DNA of 64,000 nucleotides from Octopus sinensis (Eukaryota). Positions within the stretch are counted from its first letter, which is position 1. Every line of letters begins with the position of its first letter. Location: the NCBI RefSeq assembly GCF_006345805.1, contig NC_042997.1:92504001-92568000 (forward strand), read 5' to 3'. The notes beneath the pieces are model-generated. The model was not told the origin of the DNA. It saw only the letters and a program-made list of their open reading frames with translations, and made no database searches. A program made the position numbers and the translations under genes. Below, in pieces: positions 39,603 to 53,530 of the stretch.

Positions 39603-39899
39603 TAGTGTGTTTGAGAGTACTAGTGCTTCATTACAAGTTAATACTTATAAAATTTGCTGGCTAAAAAGGCAACGTGAGGAAGCGGCGACAGAGATGGTGA
39701 ATGGAAGACATATAAAGAAAAATCTCAGCAATGACGTCAATTGATTGAAAACAAACCAGTGCAAATATAGTAAGCATTAGATTGTGAGGTGTAAAGGGAA
39801 GGCTACATAAAATGCTAGTTCATTTTATTATTCTGCTAGAGTCAACAACAAGAACAAAAACAATAATTACTACCACCACAACTACCCACCCAATTACCC

Positions 39900-39932
<33 letters not shown>

Positions 39933-40325
39933 TTTTATTGCCTTCGTATTCATAGAATTGATATCTTCAGGGCTGAGATTCTCGATATTATCAAACCCAG
40001 TATAAGCCCGTCATACTGGTGTTTACATCATCGACCGCAGAAGAGTGAATTGTGAAATGAGTATTTGAGAACTTTGAATTAAGAATGTATGACGGAATCT
40101 AAAATCTGTTCGCTATTTAGTCAAGTGCTCTACAGCTTTTGGCAAATCTACATCCTCTTACTGTTGAAATACTTATTTGTTTTCACAAGACACAGAGTCC
40201 GTTGTTTGTCAAAGAATGAAGACTAGTTTATTGAAATAGAACCAGTATGTTACTGGTACAGCAAAATACTGATTGATCGAATCACACTTTTGTTGAAAAG
40301 CAGTCACTTCTGTAGGAATTATGTG

Positions 40326-40830
40326 TGTGGGCGCGTGGCCTAGTGGTTAGGGCGTTGCACTGGCCTGATTGTGGGTTCGATTCTTGGATAGAGTGATGCG
40401 ATGTGTTCTTGAACAAAACACTTCATTTCGCGTTGTTCCGCAAGCATGTCGATTTGCACCCCGCAAGCATGTCGATTTGATGGTAGGACTGAGCTATTGA
40501 AGGCGGTGAGTTGGCAGAAACGTTAGCACGCCGAGCGAAATGCGTAGCCGTATTTCGTCTGCCGTTACGTTCTGAGTTCAAAATCCGCCGACGTCGACTT
40601 TGCCTTTCATCCTTTCGGGGTCGATAAATTAAGTACCAGTTACATACTGGAGTCGATATATACGACTTAATCCGTTTGTCTGTCCTTGTTTGTCCTCTCT
40701 GTGTTTAGCCCCTTGTGGGTAGTAGAGAAATAGGTAGGACTGAGCTATTGGCTAATGTACAGCACGAATATTTGACCACAATAAACGAATTATCTGTGCA
40801 GGTTGTTCAGCAAGAAATTGCAGAACCATC
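40326..40830 (+). mobile_element. SINE family C, interrupted by SINE family A
   Basis: tRNA-like head ggcgcgtggcctagtggttaggg...gggttcgattc. Confidence 0.65.
40500..40732 (+). mobile_element. SINE family A, complete
   Basis: 18-bp TSD ggtaggactgagctattg at 40482-40499 and 40733-40750. Confidence 0.9.
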
Positions 40831-41473
40831 TTTCTCGGGTCGAGAGACCAGCGTTAATTAATTATGAGTGTAAGTATATATGAATGTTTGTATGAGCAGA
40901 CGTATGTATGAGTACAAACATGGGTCTCATCACGTGTTTTGACTTAAGTATGTGTACATATACATGTGTTGTATATCTACATATGCGCCTTCACTTTATA
41001 TTTATAAAACCGAACCCACATATATAAGGTATGAGTTTTGCTAGTTCGTAGGTAGGCTGCGCTTATAGGCACGAGGGAATATGTTCTCATCAATACACCT
41101 GGTGTTAAAACACCTGGAAATCAGACAAGCGAAATAACTCGCATTTGGTCCCATTCAGGAGCGATAGACGTCGATGTTTCGTTATTTTTGTCACTTGTCA
41201 ATACCATGTACCCGAAACAAGGTTTTCTTTAACAAAAGATTCATAAATCGCTGTCTAATGGTTATGTGCAAAATTATGTAGGAACCATCTGCTGGTATGT
41301 CCTAACGTTTCATGTCACGGAAACCATTCAAATATGAATTAGAAGCAGCTCGAGGGAAGTGAACAATACCAAACACACATACACAAGTTATGTGTTTTGC
41401 TAGTTCATGAGTAGGCTGCGCTTATAGGCGTAAGATAATATAGCCTCATCAATTCGCCTCTGATATATATATA

Positions 41474-42320
41474 CTAGCAGAATTGCTCGGCGTTGCTCGG
41501 GGCTGAATTGCTTGAAAGTACTGTTAATGATTGCACTGAATTATGATGATTATTCAGGCAAATATTGATATAAGTTTACGGTGGGAGATAAGGACTTAAC
41601 GATAAAACGTGTGCCATTGCATTGTTTTGGGGGAACCGAATTTCTGATGAGCATTATAGGGGCACCAACTTTAAGTTTGAGAAAGTGTGGTGGTAGTCCG
41701 GGGTGCTCAAAGGAATTGAGTACCTTTATTGGATAGTTGATGACGTCCTCTGGGTCAGGAGTTGTATCGATAGACTGATATACATAGACTTCCCCAGGAA
41801 TGAGTTTTAGCATTTCATCATTAATATGGTGAACAGTTTTATTCCTCGGGGCCAGTATAGCCTTTTTGCCAATCCAATCCATATTCTGATAATTAGCTTG
41901 TAGATCTGGGAACACTGCATCTCTGAGATCAGAAGGCGTCTTAACAATGGTACAAATGGAATCGATGGCAATATTACCATTTTCATCCCCTGGTATTTTG
42001 CCTTCGCCAAGTGCAAGGAGGGTGTGAGGAAATGCTGCTGATGTGATATTACGTCGCATATGAGCACGCATATTGGTGTGAAGTTTGAGAGTTACTTACC
42101 TTTATTTAAAAAAATATGCATTAAAATGGAAAAAAATGATGGTAAATTATTTGTAAAATCATAGACTCATCGTAGACGCGCGCTAATACCCAGAAGGGCT
42201 CGATATGAATCACGACTATAAGATACCCGGTTTTGGTTAAACTGCATTGCAAAATCTGGGAGTAGTTAGGAATCTAAATCGGAGTAGACAGACACACAAC
42301 CTTTCTTTTATATATAAATA
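41474..42320 (-). mobile_element. Internally deleted Helitron
   Basis: The 3' end on minus is cccgagcaacgccgagc...ctgCTAG|T. The 5' part 42320-42080 matches 62553-62760. Confidence 0.85.
41550..42071 (-). pseudogene. Helitron RepHel PIF1-like helicase fragment
   Basis: LLALGEGKIP, KKAILAPRNKTVHHIN, VLNSFEHPGLPPHFLKLKVGAPIMLIRN...CNGTR. Confidence 0.9.
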
Positions 42321-43487
42321 TTTTCGTCCTAAAAAACTTTGTATGGATTGAATGGTTACCTCTATGGAAATATATACACGCACATTATGCATACATGTGT
42401 GTATAGATGAATATATAATACATTTGAATATCTATATACACTTTTGGGCGATCTTTCTTTTTCTTAGAGATAACTTTAGATCTATATTCGTCCTAAAAAA
42501 CTTTGTATGGAGTGAATGGTTACCTCTATGGAAATATATACACACACATTATACATACATCTGTGTATAGATGAATATATAAATACATTTAAATATCTAT
42601 ACACTTTTGGGCGATCTTTCTTTTTCTTAGAGATAACTTTAGATCTTATTTTCGTCCTAAAAAACTTTGTATGGATTGAATGGTTACCTCTATGGAAATA
42701 TATACACGCACATTATACATACATGTGTGTATAGATGAATATATAAATACATTTGAATATCTATATACACTTTTGGGCGATCTTTCTTTTTCTTAGAGAT
42801 AACTTTAGATCTTATTTTCGTCCTAAAAAACTTTGTATGGAGTGAATGGTTACCTCTATGGAAATATATACACGCACATTATACATACATGTGTGTATAG
42901 ATGAATATATAAATACATTTAAATATCTATATACACTTTTGGGCGATCTTTCTTTTTCTTAGAGATAACTTTATATCTCATATTCGTCCTAAAAAACTTT
43001 GTATGGAGTGAAAGGTTACCTCTATGGAAATATATACACACACATTATATATACATCTGTGTATAGATGAATATATAAATACATTTAAATATCTATATAT
43101 ACTTTTGGGCGATCTTTCTTTTTCTTAGAGATAACTTTAGATCTTATTTTCGTCCTAAAAAACTTTGTATGGATTGAATGGTTACCTCTATGGAAATATA
43201 TACACGCACATTATACATACATGTGTGTATAGATGAATATATAAATACATTTGAATATCTATATACACTTTTGGGCGATCTTTCTGCTACTTGTATATAC
43301 TTTAGATCTTATATTCGTCCTAAAAAACTTTGTATGGAGTGAAAGGTTACCGCTATGGAAATATATACACCACATTATACATACATCTGTGTATAGATGA
43401 ATATATAAATACATTTAATATCTTATACACTTTTGGGCGATCTTTCTGCTACTTGGATATAGGTCTTATATTCGTCGTAAAAAACTT
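42319..43487. repeat. Tandem minisatellite, seven units of ~157-166 bp
   Basis: The cgtcc/cgtcg anchor recurs at 42325, 42489, 42653, 42819, 42985, 43151, 43316 and 43473. Confidence 0.95.
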
Positions 43488-43550
43488 TCCTGTCACACAC
43501 TCACGCACACGCACACACACACACGCACACACGCATCCTCACACACACAC

Positions 43551-43596
<46 letters not shown>

Positions 43597-43979
43597 AAAC
43601 GCACACACACACGTTAGCTTACAATTTTATTTATATATTTGCGTGTCTATGTGTGCAAAGTGGAAGTGGGAATGTAGAGTGAAATAGTCACTCACTACAG
43701 AAAGTGAATTAGTTTCACTTTATTCGTTGCACACTGTGTGTGTGCGTTTGCGTGTGCTGTATCCCACACTAAGAGAAGCATTTGACTCATACACCACAAT
43801 GTGAGTTTTCTCTAAATTTTGCTTAATTGGGGTTGAAATTTTAAAAAGTGGACCTGTCACGACCCGATGCATTCTACTCTTAAAAATGCTAGGTAAATTG
43901 TAATTGAAGAAATCCTATATTGTAGATTTCTATAAGATACAAAGGGAGGCAGATAAAATATGCCTTTTATAATAAGAGA
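43440..43979 (-). mobile_element. 5' part of a second non-autonomous Helitron-like family
   Basis: Starts A|TCtcttattataaaaggca on minus; reverse complement of 60195-60710. Confidence 0.7.
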
Positions 43980-45859
43980 TATATATATTTTAAAGTGTAA
44001 TAATTGTAGAAATAAAGTGCATAATATGCACTGTAATAATTACAGTTGCATTATATATTTTGCACTTTATTGTGTTTTGCAACGCGTTTGATCGCCCTAG
44101 GTCGAAGAAAATTGTCTTGTATGAAATCGGTCCGTGGTGCAAAAAAGTTTGAATACTGTTTTAGATGAGTTAACACCCAGAACCTTGACAGGTTTTTCCA
44201 TTTCAGTGATATCCCATTAGCAACTGCGTGGTATCAAAAACACGAGTGATAAGTGCTGGTATCCCCTAGATTAGGTATAACTCCACTCGGATCCTAGTGA
44301 TATTTTCACTTTTATTTATTTTTTCTATAAATTAACGTCGACTGTGAATTGATGTCAAGGCCATGGTTATTCAAGTAAACTTAGTTATAGAAAAACAGTG
44401 TTTCCAAAACTTAGTAAAAAAACTGTGGGACATAAGAATCGGTTATAATTTTCCTGCACATTAAAAATGATATCAATAACGGTTTTAAATTTTTCCACAA
44501 GGCCAGCAATATCAAGGAAAGAAAGGCAAAATTGACCCTAGCAAGATTTGAACTCAGACTGTAAAAACTGGAAAAAAAATTCCGCTAAGTATTTTGTCCG
44601 GAGTGCTAAAAATTCCACTAGCTCGCCACCTTTAATGCAAGATTAATAACATTAGTAGAGAAAAGATTAATACGGAGCGAACCAAGGAAGAAGCTTCTAC
44701 GTTGTCACTTAACGAACTAGAAATAAGAGCCAAATATATCACTTCTTTAAAACAACACTACTTTTAAAAAATGGAAGGACGCATTGAAATTACATCATTT
44801 TTATTATCACACTATGTTGAAATTATGATGGAATGAACCTAACTGTTAGATCTAGTCGCTCAGGGCTGTTCAGGGTCTAAATAATAAAATTAAGCTCATA
44901 ATTCCCGTTTACATTTCCCCTTAAATATGTAGTGAATCTTCAGACTAATCAAGAGACACCAATGATTTCCCAAATATTCTTTAACATAAGATTCATAAAC
45001 TGGCAATATTACAAAGTACACACACATAAACGCACACATGCAAAGACATACACACACTCACTGTCACGTACACACACTCACATACTCAGGCACACACAAT
45101 CACGCACACACACACACCACACACACACATACGCACACACACACATACGCACACACACACACACACATACACACACACTCTCTCCCCTCTCTCACACTAC
45201 GCCATAAAAAACTAATATCCTGACGGAATAAGAAACTTCAGAGTGAATATTGATAAAATATTTTACAAAGAACTGCTTGTGGAAATGTTCACATCTAACC
45301 AGAGAAAAAGAATACCTGTCACCCTTCCCTCACATGATGAAAGTAGGTCTTTCGCATTTTAATCCTTCTGTAGAGCATAGCCTTACTCCGATTAGGTAGT
45401 GTAAATGTGCAAGGTTGCAGCTACCATGGAAGCAGATACACCTGCTCAATAACCCCCAGATCACTAGACATGGATGCGGTAGCCAGCAGCAAGACAAGAA
45501 TTTCTGATCCACGCGTTCATTTTCATATTCTTGAACAGGGAAGCTAATTTGTGACACTGGACATGAACAATAGTGAAAGTCATGCCTTCGATCTAACAGC
45601 CGTCTCCGGCTCAACAGAGGCCGGTTACCAGATTTCCATAAGCGTCTGGGCTTATTCCTGAGAACGTCCCGCTCCTAAGTGCTTCATTCTGAAACAGGCT
45701 ATTTTCCTTTTTCTCACGGCAAACTAATTCCTTCTACTTCTAGTTTCTATATACTCACTAATTGCCATTATAGACCATCACCACTTTCTTCAGATCCTAC
45801 TGAGTGTGTGGCTCATACACTTATTCCTATACATTTTCTGCAACTTTGCGTAGGCCTCT

Positions 45860-46120
45860 GAGAAAGTATCGCCAAGCTTTTGGCAAAATTTGATGCAGAT
45901 TCTCTACTCAATTTCCTTTGTCATGGCAAATACGACGATCACACGCTACACACGTCCTTTCCAAGCACTGCTGTAAACAGCGAAAGTGAGCTAGAATGTT
46001 AAAACTTAGTGCACATGCACAGCAGAGTTCAAGGTCAATCTGTGCCAAGCGGATTCACGGTGCAGGCTTTAGTTTCGTTACTATGACACAATCCGGATAC
46101 TTATTGATCAAACCTCGTAT
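45860..46120 (-). mobile_element. Mariner-like terminal fragment
   Basis: TIR TA|cgaggtttgatcaataagtatccgg on minus. Confidence 0.55.
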
Positions 46121-46561
46121 ATGGAATAGTTGAGAGGATTGTATTAAATTAAATATATAATACATGTGTGTGTAGATATGTATGCATATTTCTATATGTA
46201 TGTTATTTGCTATGTTAATCAAAGAAGGCCACTCAATGTAAATAAGTTTCGGAGTGTCACAGCAATATATTTAGGTTAGTAGACAAGATTCAATCTACTG
46301 CTTTGATTCTAAAGTAAATTCAGTGTAGGTAACATATTATAAAGTAAATAGGTGTTTTTTTGAACCATTTAGTTTTAGCAAGCTGCTTGCCTATATCCTG
46401 CAGAATACTTTACATAGTGGTACATTTTTATGTTTTGTTTTGTGCTTTGGTTTATATATATGATATATTCTACCCACCACAAATATAGATTAAAAGATGT
46501 TTATTTTCCAATTTCACTATGGTGGAAGAAGTATTCGTACTAGAAAGAGTAATAAGTGTTG

Positions 46562-46610
<49 letters not shown>

Positions 46611-47039
46611 GAGCGACGAAACTCTTCTGCACGCATTCGTTCAGTGTCTGCTTATAACTGAATTATGAAGAATATCGAACAGCTGTTTTTACGTACATGA
46701 TGCCTCCGGCTCTTGATCGAATCCATCTCTAAAATGATCTCACCGCTTTGTTTTGATTCGGTATGTCAGAAAGTTTTCATCAGTCTAGTGGCTATAACAA
46801 AAGTTGTATAGTGAACAACTAAAAGGAATGAAACAAAACTCTTCTTCAGCCATTCCCGGTTAAATTTTTCCTTTTCTGTCGTACATTTGGAATGACTGTT
46901 TTTTTCTCTTTCATATATAGACATATGAAAAATGACTAGAAAAGGGAAAAAACCTTTCTAGTTATAGGCAAAATATTTTCTGAGTAGCGCAAAGTTTGAG
47001 AGGAAGCAATTTAGCACCCCTTAAAGGGAAGGGATCACG

Positions 47040-47340
47040 GGTTACTGTGAATGATTTTCTACAGTGTGTAACTCCCAAAATGCACGCTACACACAGATAC
47101 CATACGATTTTCAATTCGAATAACATTAACATAAATTACTTTTGCATGGTCAACATGGATTCTCAGATGAAACAGTACAACTATAACGAACCCCCACCAT
47201 CAGCTAACAGTAATTGTCAAACATGTTTACTCAGGGGATCCTAAAGAAGTCGTGTACCAAGTAACTATAATACATTTGAACGGCAGATGAAAGTATTATA
47301 CGAATCTAAAAACAGATATCTTAAATACCGTGACTTCCCT
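47040..47340 (+). pseudogene. Penelope-like linker/GIY-YIG relic
   Basis: THRYHTIFNSNNININYFCMVNM resembles HKLHKIFNRNxVKISYSCMPNM. Confidence 0.6.
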
Positions 47341-48004
47341 GTCACAATTTGTTTAGAATCTCAATAATGTGAAACATCATTAACAGAGCCAAACTGTGAT
47401 TTAACGCAACATGGAACTGTGTACTTTGCATAATCAAAAGATTTTTGATTTTCAAACAATCTTAAACGAAGTAATGTCAGAGGTTCTGATCAATTGTCGC
47501 CAACGGCGGAGATATCCTAGAAGCACTTACAAAATTTCTAGATGTTCGGGTACTAAAAACCAAAGAAATCGACTCCAAGAAACCATCTCTAAAATAGCTT
47601 CACCTTTGCCCAATGATTTCCCTTGAAGACAACAACCTTTAATTGCCAGGTAAAGTGGCAAGCGGCCACAAGACTGATTACGTGACTAGCCTTAACCAAT
47701 AAGAATTGACCTAGGAAGTGCACCCTCGAAATAAATATCTGTAGTTATCCTTCACAAGATCGTCTGAAGGATCGCACCCATTGACCACGAGTGTGAAACT
47801 GAGTAACGACAGAGGGAATCTACCGACTGTTTTCACATACATACATACATACATACATACATACATACATACATACATACATACACACACATACATACAT
47901 ACATACATACATACATACACACACACATACATACATACATACATACATAATACATACACACACACATACATACATGACATATACATATATATATATACAT
48001 ACAT

Positions 48005-48310
48005 GGGTGCAACTGGGAATTATAATGAGGCACTTAGAAATAGTTGGTTCTTGGATAAGATGATAAGATTAGATACGTAAAATCACTAGGAATGCACAAC
48101 GTAGGAATAGGAATAGGAAAAGAAATATTTTATGGTATAGTAAAAATTAATAGCAGTAAAAAAACTAATATAGCTTCAGAATTTCTTAATTTAAAAGATC
48201 ACCATTTTCCGCCAGGGCATAAGTAAAGAAAAATATTGAATAGGAAATACGTTAAGGTTACTTACTCAGCTTGCTAAAATTTCAGGTGTTATATCAGAGG
48301 TTATAAAACT
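48005..48310 (+). pseudogene. Penelope-like linker relic
   Basis: RNRKRNILWY and HHFPPGHK*RKILNRKYVKVTYS. Confidence 0.6.
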
Positions 48311-48875
48311 GCGAAGCTGAGGAGAAGACAGATGCATATACCTAGCCGACAAAGATCATGCGTCTGTCTGACAAAGTCGATAATATATTGTTCAAAGGTT
48401 GAATCAAACAACGGTGATCAACCTAATATATATATATATATATTGGAACAACAGAACTCGCATTCAAAAACTGTAATTAAAGAGTCTCGATAGAAAACTT
48501 GTTACGGCTTTGTTGAAGTTTATATGGTTCTTGTGTCAGACAAGCCCTCATGAATTCAAAATAACCTGGTCTATTGTAGATAGTGCACAACCATACGGGA
48601 ACGGGACATTCAGATCAAAGATGTGGCGTGATCTTTGTTTGAGCGAAAAACAGAGAATTTTGACTCAAGTACCAATAGTTTGAAGAAAAGAAATGAGATG
48701 CTAATGCCTTGTATGCATGCAGTTAAGTATCATTTATGCAAATACAAGCGTCCTTGAATTTCGTTGTGGTTTAAAAAAACACACACTTTAGTTTGCTAAC
48801 TGTTTAATTAATAGGTTCTGAGGTTGCGTGTCTATATGTGAATATATGTATATAAGCACACACACACACGCGCGC

Positions 48876-48915
<40 letters not shown>

Positions 48916-49227
48916 ATATGCATGTTTTGGCAACCATTGTGGTTCGCGTTCGTTTTCACAGCGCAGCAACTTTGACAAGTGCCTTCTACTATAGTTCCTA
49001 GTCGACCAATACCTTGAGAGTGAATTTAGCAGATAGAAACTCTGTGAACGCCCGTCGTATAAATCTTTTACTTGTTTGAGTCATGCGACCGCGACCATGC
49101 TGGGGCAGCGCCTTGAATGGTTTATCGAACAAATTGAGCCCAGAGCCCAGTACGTAATATTGCGATGACATAAACAAACGAACACCGGTAGCCAAACGTG
49201 TGTATGTATATACGTATGTTTGTGTGC

Positions 49228-49291
<64 letters not shown>

Positions 49292-49293
<2 letters not shown>

Positions 49294-49463
49294 CAAATTA
49301 AAAAGGGTGGCTTATTAGCAATTAGGTCCTAAAAGCTTTGAGGTAATTTAACTCTTATCTTTAGCAAAAGCGGTGCTAGTTAGTACCATCTGTCACTTTT
49401 GTGACCTCTGTTAATTTTGCCTTTGGGTTCTAACCGCTAATAAGCCATCCTGTTTAATTTGTT
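49292..49463. mobile_element. MITE with 28-bp TIRs
   Basis: aacaaattaaaaagggtggcttattagc and gctaataagccatcctgtttaatttgtt (two mismatches). Confidence 0.7.
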
Positions 49464-49668
49464 GTTTAAATCATAACACGTTTTCACCTATTTTTCTTAT
49501 AAGACTGACAGAAGTAGTGAATTTAACTCTAGGCGTTAAGAGCAGCTGATGATGATTAAGATGGTCTACATCAAAATTCGAAATCGCGATCCGGCTATGT
49601 ACGCTGGGGACTACCTTCCCTTTGTCAGCCACTTAAGACAATGCATTTGTGGTTTTGAGTACACTTTT

Positions 49669-49714
<46 letters not shown>

Positions 49715-49746
49715 ACACACACACACCACACACACACACATATAAT

Positions 49747-49783
<37 letters not shown>

Positions 49784-49840
49784 GTGGTGTGTGTGTGTGT
49801 GTGTGTGTGTGTCTATGTGTGTCTGTGTGTCTGTGTGTGG

Positions 49841-49893
<53 letters not shown>

Positions 49894-50255
49894 TTGGAGG
49901 GAAGATTTTTTCTTAAAGAGTATTGAGAAAAGAACCTTTTTAGAAAGTCGAAAGATACTAACCTTTGGAAAGAGATTTCACAAAATCTGTGTGGGCTTTG
50001 CTTTTATAGATGCTTTTATCGGTTACATTCAAAATTAAAGTTTAGATAGGAGACTTTAAAATGTAGTATCCAAACCTTGTTTTGGGTATGTCCGTAGTAG
50101 TGTACCTTGAGAGGACGTTCATCACGTACGGCTACCAAGCGTCATCTGCGAAACTGCACTTTAATTGCAGGATCTACGTAAGGAATTCTTCGGTGCACGT
50201 TTAGTATATTTTAAATAATTGATAGGGAAGACAAAGTGTACTGTAAGCTTTATTT

Positions 50256-50637
50256 AACACGACGATCGTTTCGGCTTAATTTGCACTGGTCCCTAGTGGG
50301 TGGGGACCGATATAATGGAATCGAATGCACCTCCACAGTGCGGAAGAAAACTCCTCAGGTTGCATATGTTACAGTGTTATAATATGATATTTTGCTACTG
50401 TGTGGGGTAGGATGGTGTTGGTATGATGCGTGTGTTTCTAGTAGTTCAGAAATCCATTAATGAGTCAGGATATTTCGTATTTATTCGGGGAGTGATAGGT
50501 AAAGAATGCAAAGAATAAAATACAAAGAATAAATGGGAAGGTCAGAATGGCATTTGAATGAAAAGCGCTCTAAAGGTTGTGGAGTTCTTTGATGCTTGGT
50601 CATGCATATCATTCGTGGCAACGTGTTTACACACATA

Positions 50638-50676
<39 letters not shown>

Positions 50677-52560
50677 ACACATGCACATATACTTACATGC
50701 CCGTGTACACACGCAAGGGGACACACACCTATACTCACAGAAATATATATACATATAGACGAAAGTACACATAAGTATGTATATACTGATATATACATAT
50801 ATATACATACATATAGATATCCGCATGCATACACATAGGCACTCATAGATTCATATGCTATCTATATACATATACATAGACATATCCGGGTGTTCAGTGT
50901 ATGGTGTTTATTACTGTATTTGGGTACTCCATTTAGGCTATTTATAGCTGTAATGGTGGCGGGGTATTCCTACTGTAATAGGTGAATTAGCATTTTTTGG
51001 CGTGCATGCAGCGTGCAATCCTTTCGGATAATTTGTTGATAAGTCTTTCTCTAGTAAATAAAATGAAAAAAGATTCTTCAGAGCACAACCCGCACCTCCT
51101 GGACAAGGGCTTATATGGTTGTGCGTGTCTTGTAAGTGCCTAGAACAGTTCATAATTAATGTTGTCTTATATTAATTTCCACAGAAAATCCGCCAGCGAT
51201 GTTGTATGTCTCTTAGTTACGTTTTTGAAGATTGAAATATGGTTGCGATATCGATTCTTAAATGCATTCGCTGTAGCACTTTTATATACACACAGGCCAC
51301 CTCGTGTGTACATAGTGCATTTATATACGAGGTTCCGACTCATGCAGAGGTTACGCAACGGCCATCTTGATTTGCCTTTACACGAGCATTTGTTGCTGGT
51401 TGTTGTTAGTGGTCTGCAGTTATTGACAGCCAGTTTAGCTGTTTTCGTTCCATCTCGGCTTCTGTTCACTATACTGTTGTTATGCGGCCTCACAGAGTTA
51501 TTTAGGATTTGGTTGTTATTGTTTCTGGAATGGTTACCGCTGTGAATTCCTATGCATAGTGCTTCCTGGGGACCGGTCAAGTGAGCATTGTATTTAGGTT
51601 CGTTACTGTTGTGCAAGTCTTTGTTTAGTTTTCCGTTGTTGATTCAGTGCATGTGCTGCTCCAAGTTGCGGGAGTTTGCGTAAGACACTTTCACGTTATG
51701 CCTGTTAAATATGGAGTGGTATTTGTGTGATCTGGGGAAACGCCTGTCTAAGATTGTAAAGAATTGCCCAGCGATCTTCTCGGAGTTGGACTGAGTAAAG
51801 ATCAGGGCTTTATTAGGGAGGATGGGGTTGATAGTTGAGTTGTAGTTTTTTTATATCTAATTCTTTTCTACTCTAGGCACAAGGCCCGAATTTTGTGGGG
51901 GAGGGGGCCAGTCGATTAGATCAACCCAGTGCGTAACTGGTACTTATTTTATCGACCCAGAAAGGATGAAAGGCAAAGTCAACCTCGGCGGAATTTGAAC
52001 TAAGAACGTAAAGACAGACGAAATACAGCGAAGCATTTCGCCCGGCGTGCTAACGTTTCTGCCAGCTCGCCGCCTTTGCTTTCTATATCTAATTGCAGGA
52101 ACTTGCTATTTTTGTTTGTATCTAGTTGCTTAAACCTCGCTATTACTTCGCAGGTGTCAGACCACAGGGGTAGTCGTATCTTTTATTTAAGGGTAGGTTT
52201 TATTCTATCTATAATTATCTTGCTAACCTGACCTGTGTCGGATTTAGATGGGCAGATTAGTCTTACTGAAGGATTGATTTGGAAATTGGGTTTGTGGTCT
52301 TTCACGGAATTTTAGGTTTCCTAGGGGCATATGGTTCAGTTCTATCGTCTATCTCTATCTTCCAGGCAATTTCTAAGCCGCTGCCGTTAATGTTATTTAA
52401 TATTCCTATACTTGCATGTCTATATTTGCTATTTAGTTCCTTCATTATCAAACTTTTATATAATTGTATTTGGATAATGTAGACGTTACCGGTTTTAGAA
52501 AGGCAGTAGCGAAATCCCATATTCAACTGCAGCTTAATTTCGAAAGACCCTGACAGTTGG
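50256..52560 (-). mobile_element. Penelope-like element with RT-core deletion, near-complete GIY-YIG domain and 3' degenerate hammerhead
   Basis: KDHKPNF...RLICPSKSDTG...FLQLDI, then a SINE, then RRFPRSHKYHSIFNRHNVKVSY, FKNRYRNH and RCGLCSEE. CUGAGGA...GAAACGAUCGUC at 50256-50362. Confidence 0.8.
51863..52074 (-). mobile_element. SINE family A, alternative tail
   Basis: Complete head ggcggcgagctggcagaaacg and tail ccttgtgcctagagtagaaaag. Confidence 0.85.
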
Positions 52561-53015
52561 AATAAGAAATACGCACATCTGTTTTATTGGATAAACTCAG
52601 CCGTTAATTTCCATTTCATTTCCTGTGATAATTGCAAAACATTTAGCAGCTACTTAACCACCATCAGATAGGCGACGCCAATTAGTGTATTACGTAGTCC
52701 AGAATCACTTTAGGAATCTTCCATATTTATAAATTAATGCAATCCTAGAAATAATAATTCGCTATAATGTAAGATGTTAAGATGTTTTTAGTATATATAT
52801 ATATATATATATTTACGAAACCGGTATGCTTTTCAATCTCTTTAACAATTCACAATAATGACTTTTATTACTTTTATTCCTACCTCAGTTCATCTAATTG
52901 TATATATCTATCGTTACTTTTCATAAAAACCCTTTACTTTTGGGGATTTTCAATGTGCATTTTCACTTATTTTTCGTCTTACTTTCCCCCTATATATATG
53001 TATATGTGTGTGTGC

Positions 53016-53057
<42 letters not shown>

Positions 53058-53328
53058 GCATATATACATACATACTTACATATATGTGCATATACATATG
53101 CATATATGGGTACAGGACGTAAAAAAACGTAAACAACATGAGAAACAAGAACATGAAATATAAAAACATGGAAAATGAACTTTTTTGCGAACAGCGAAGG
53201 AAACAAATAGAAAAAGAAGACAGGAAACATAAAGAGCAATCCATTCATCAGTTGTCCACTGTTTTATCTACTCCGCATTTCAAGCATAAGGACAAGATGC
53301 GTCTTCGTCAAAACAGTTGCTCCCGCAA

Positions 53329-53530
<202 letters not shown>

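Noticed and set aside
42319-43487. 164-bp array as a CRISPR-like array
   Set aside because: Units are near-identical along their whole length with no unique spacers, the context is eukaryotic and there are no cas genes.
44011-44071. 61-bp AT-rich palindrome
   Set aside because: It lies next to a hAT-like terminus (ccgtggtgcaaaaaag) and is probably part of an old MITE.
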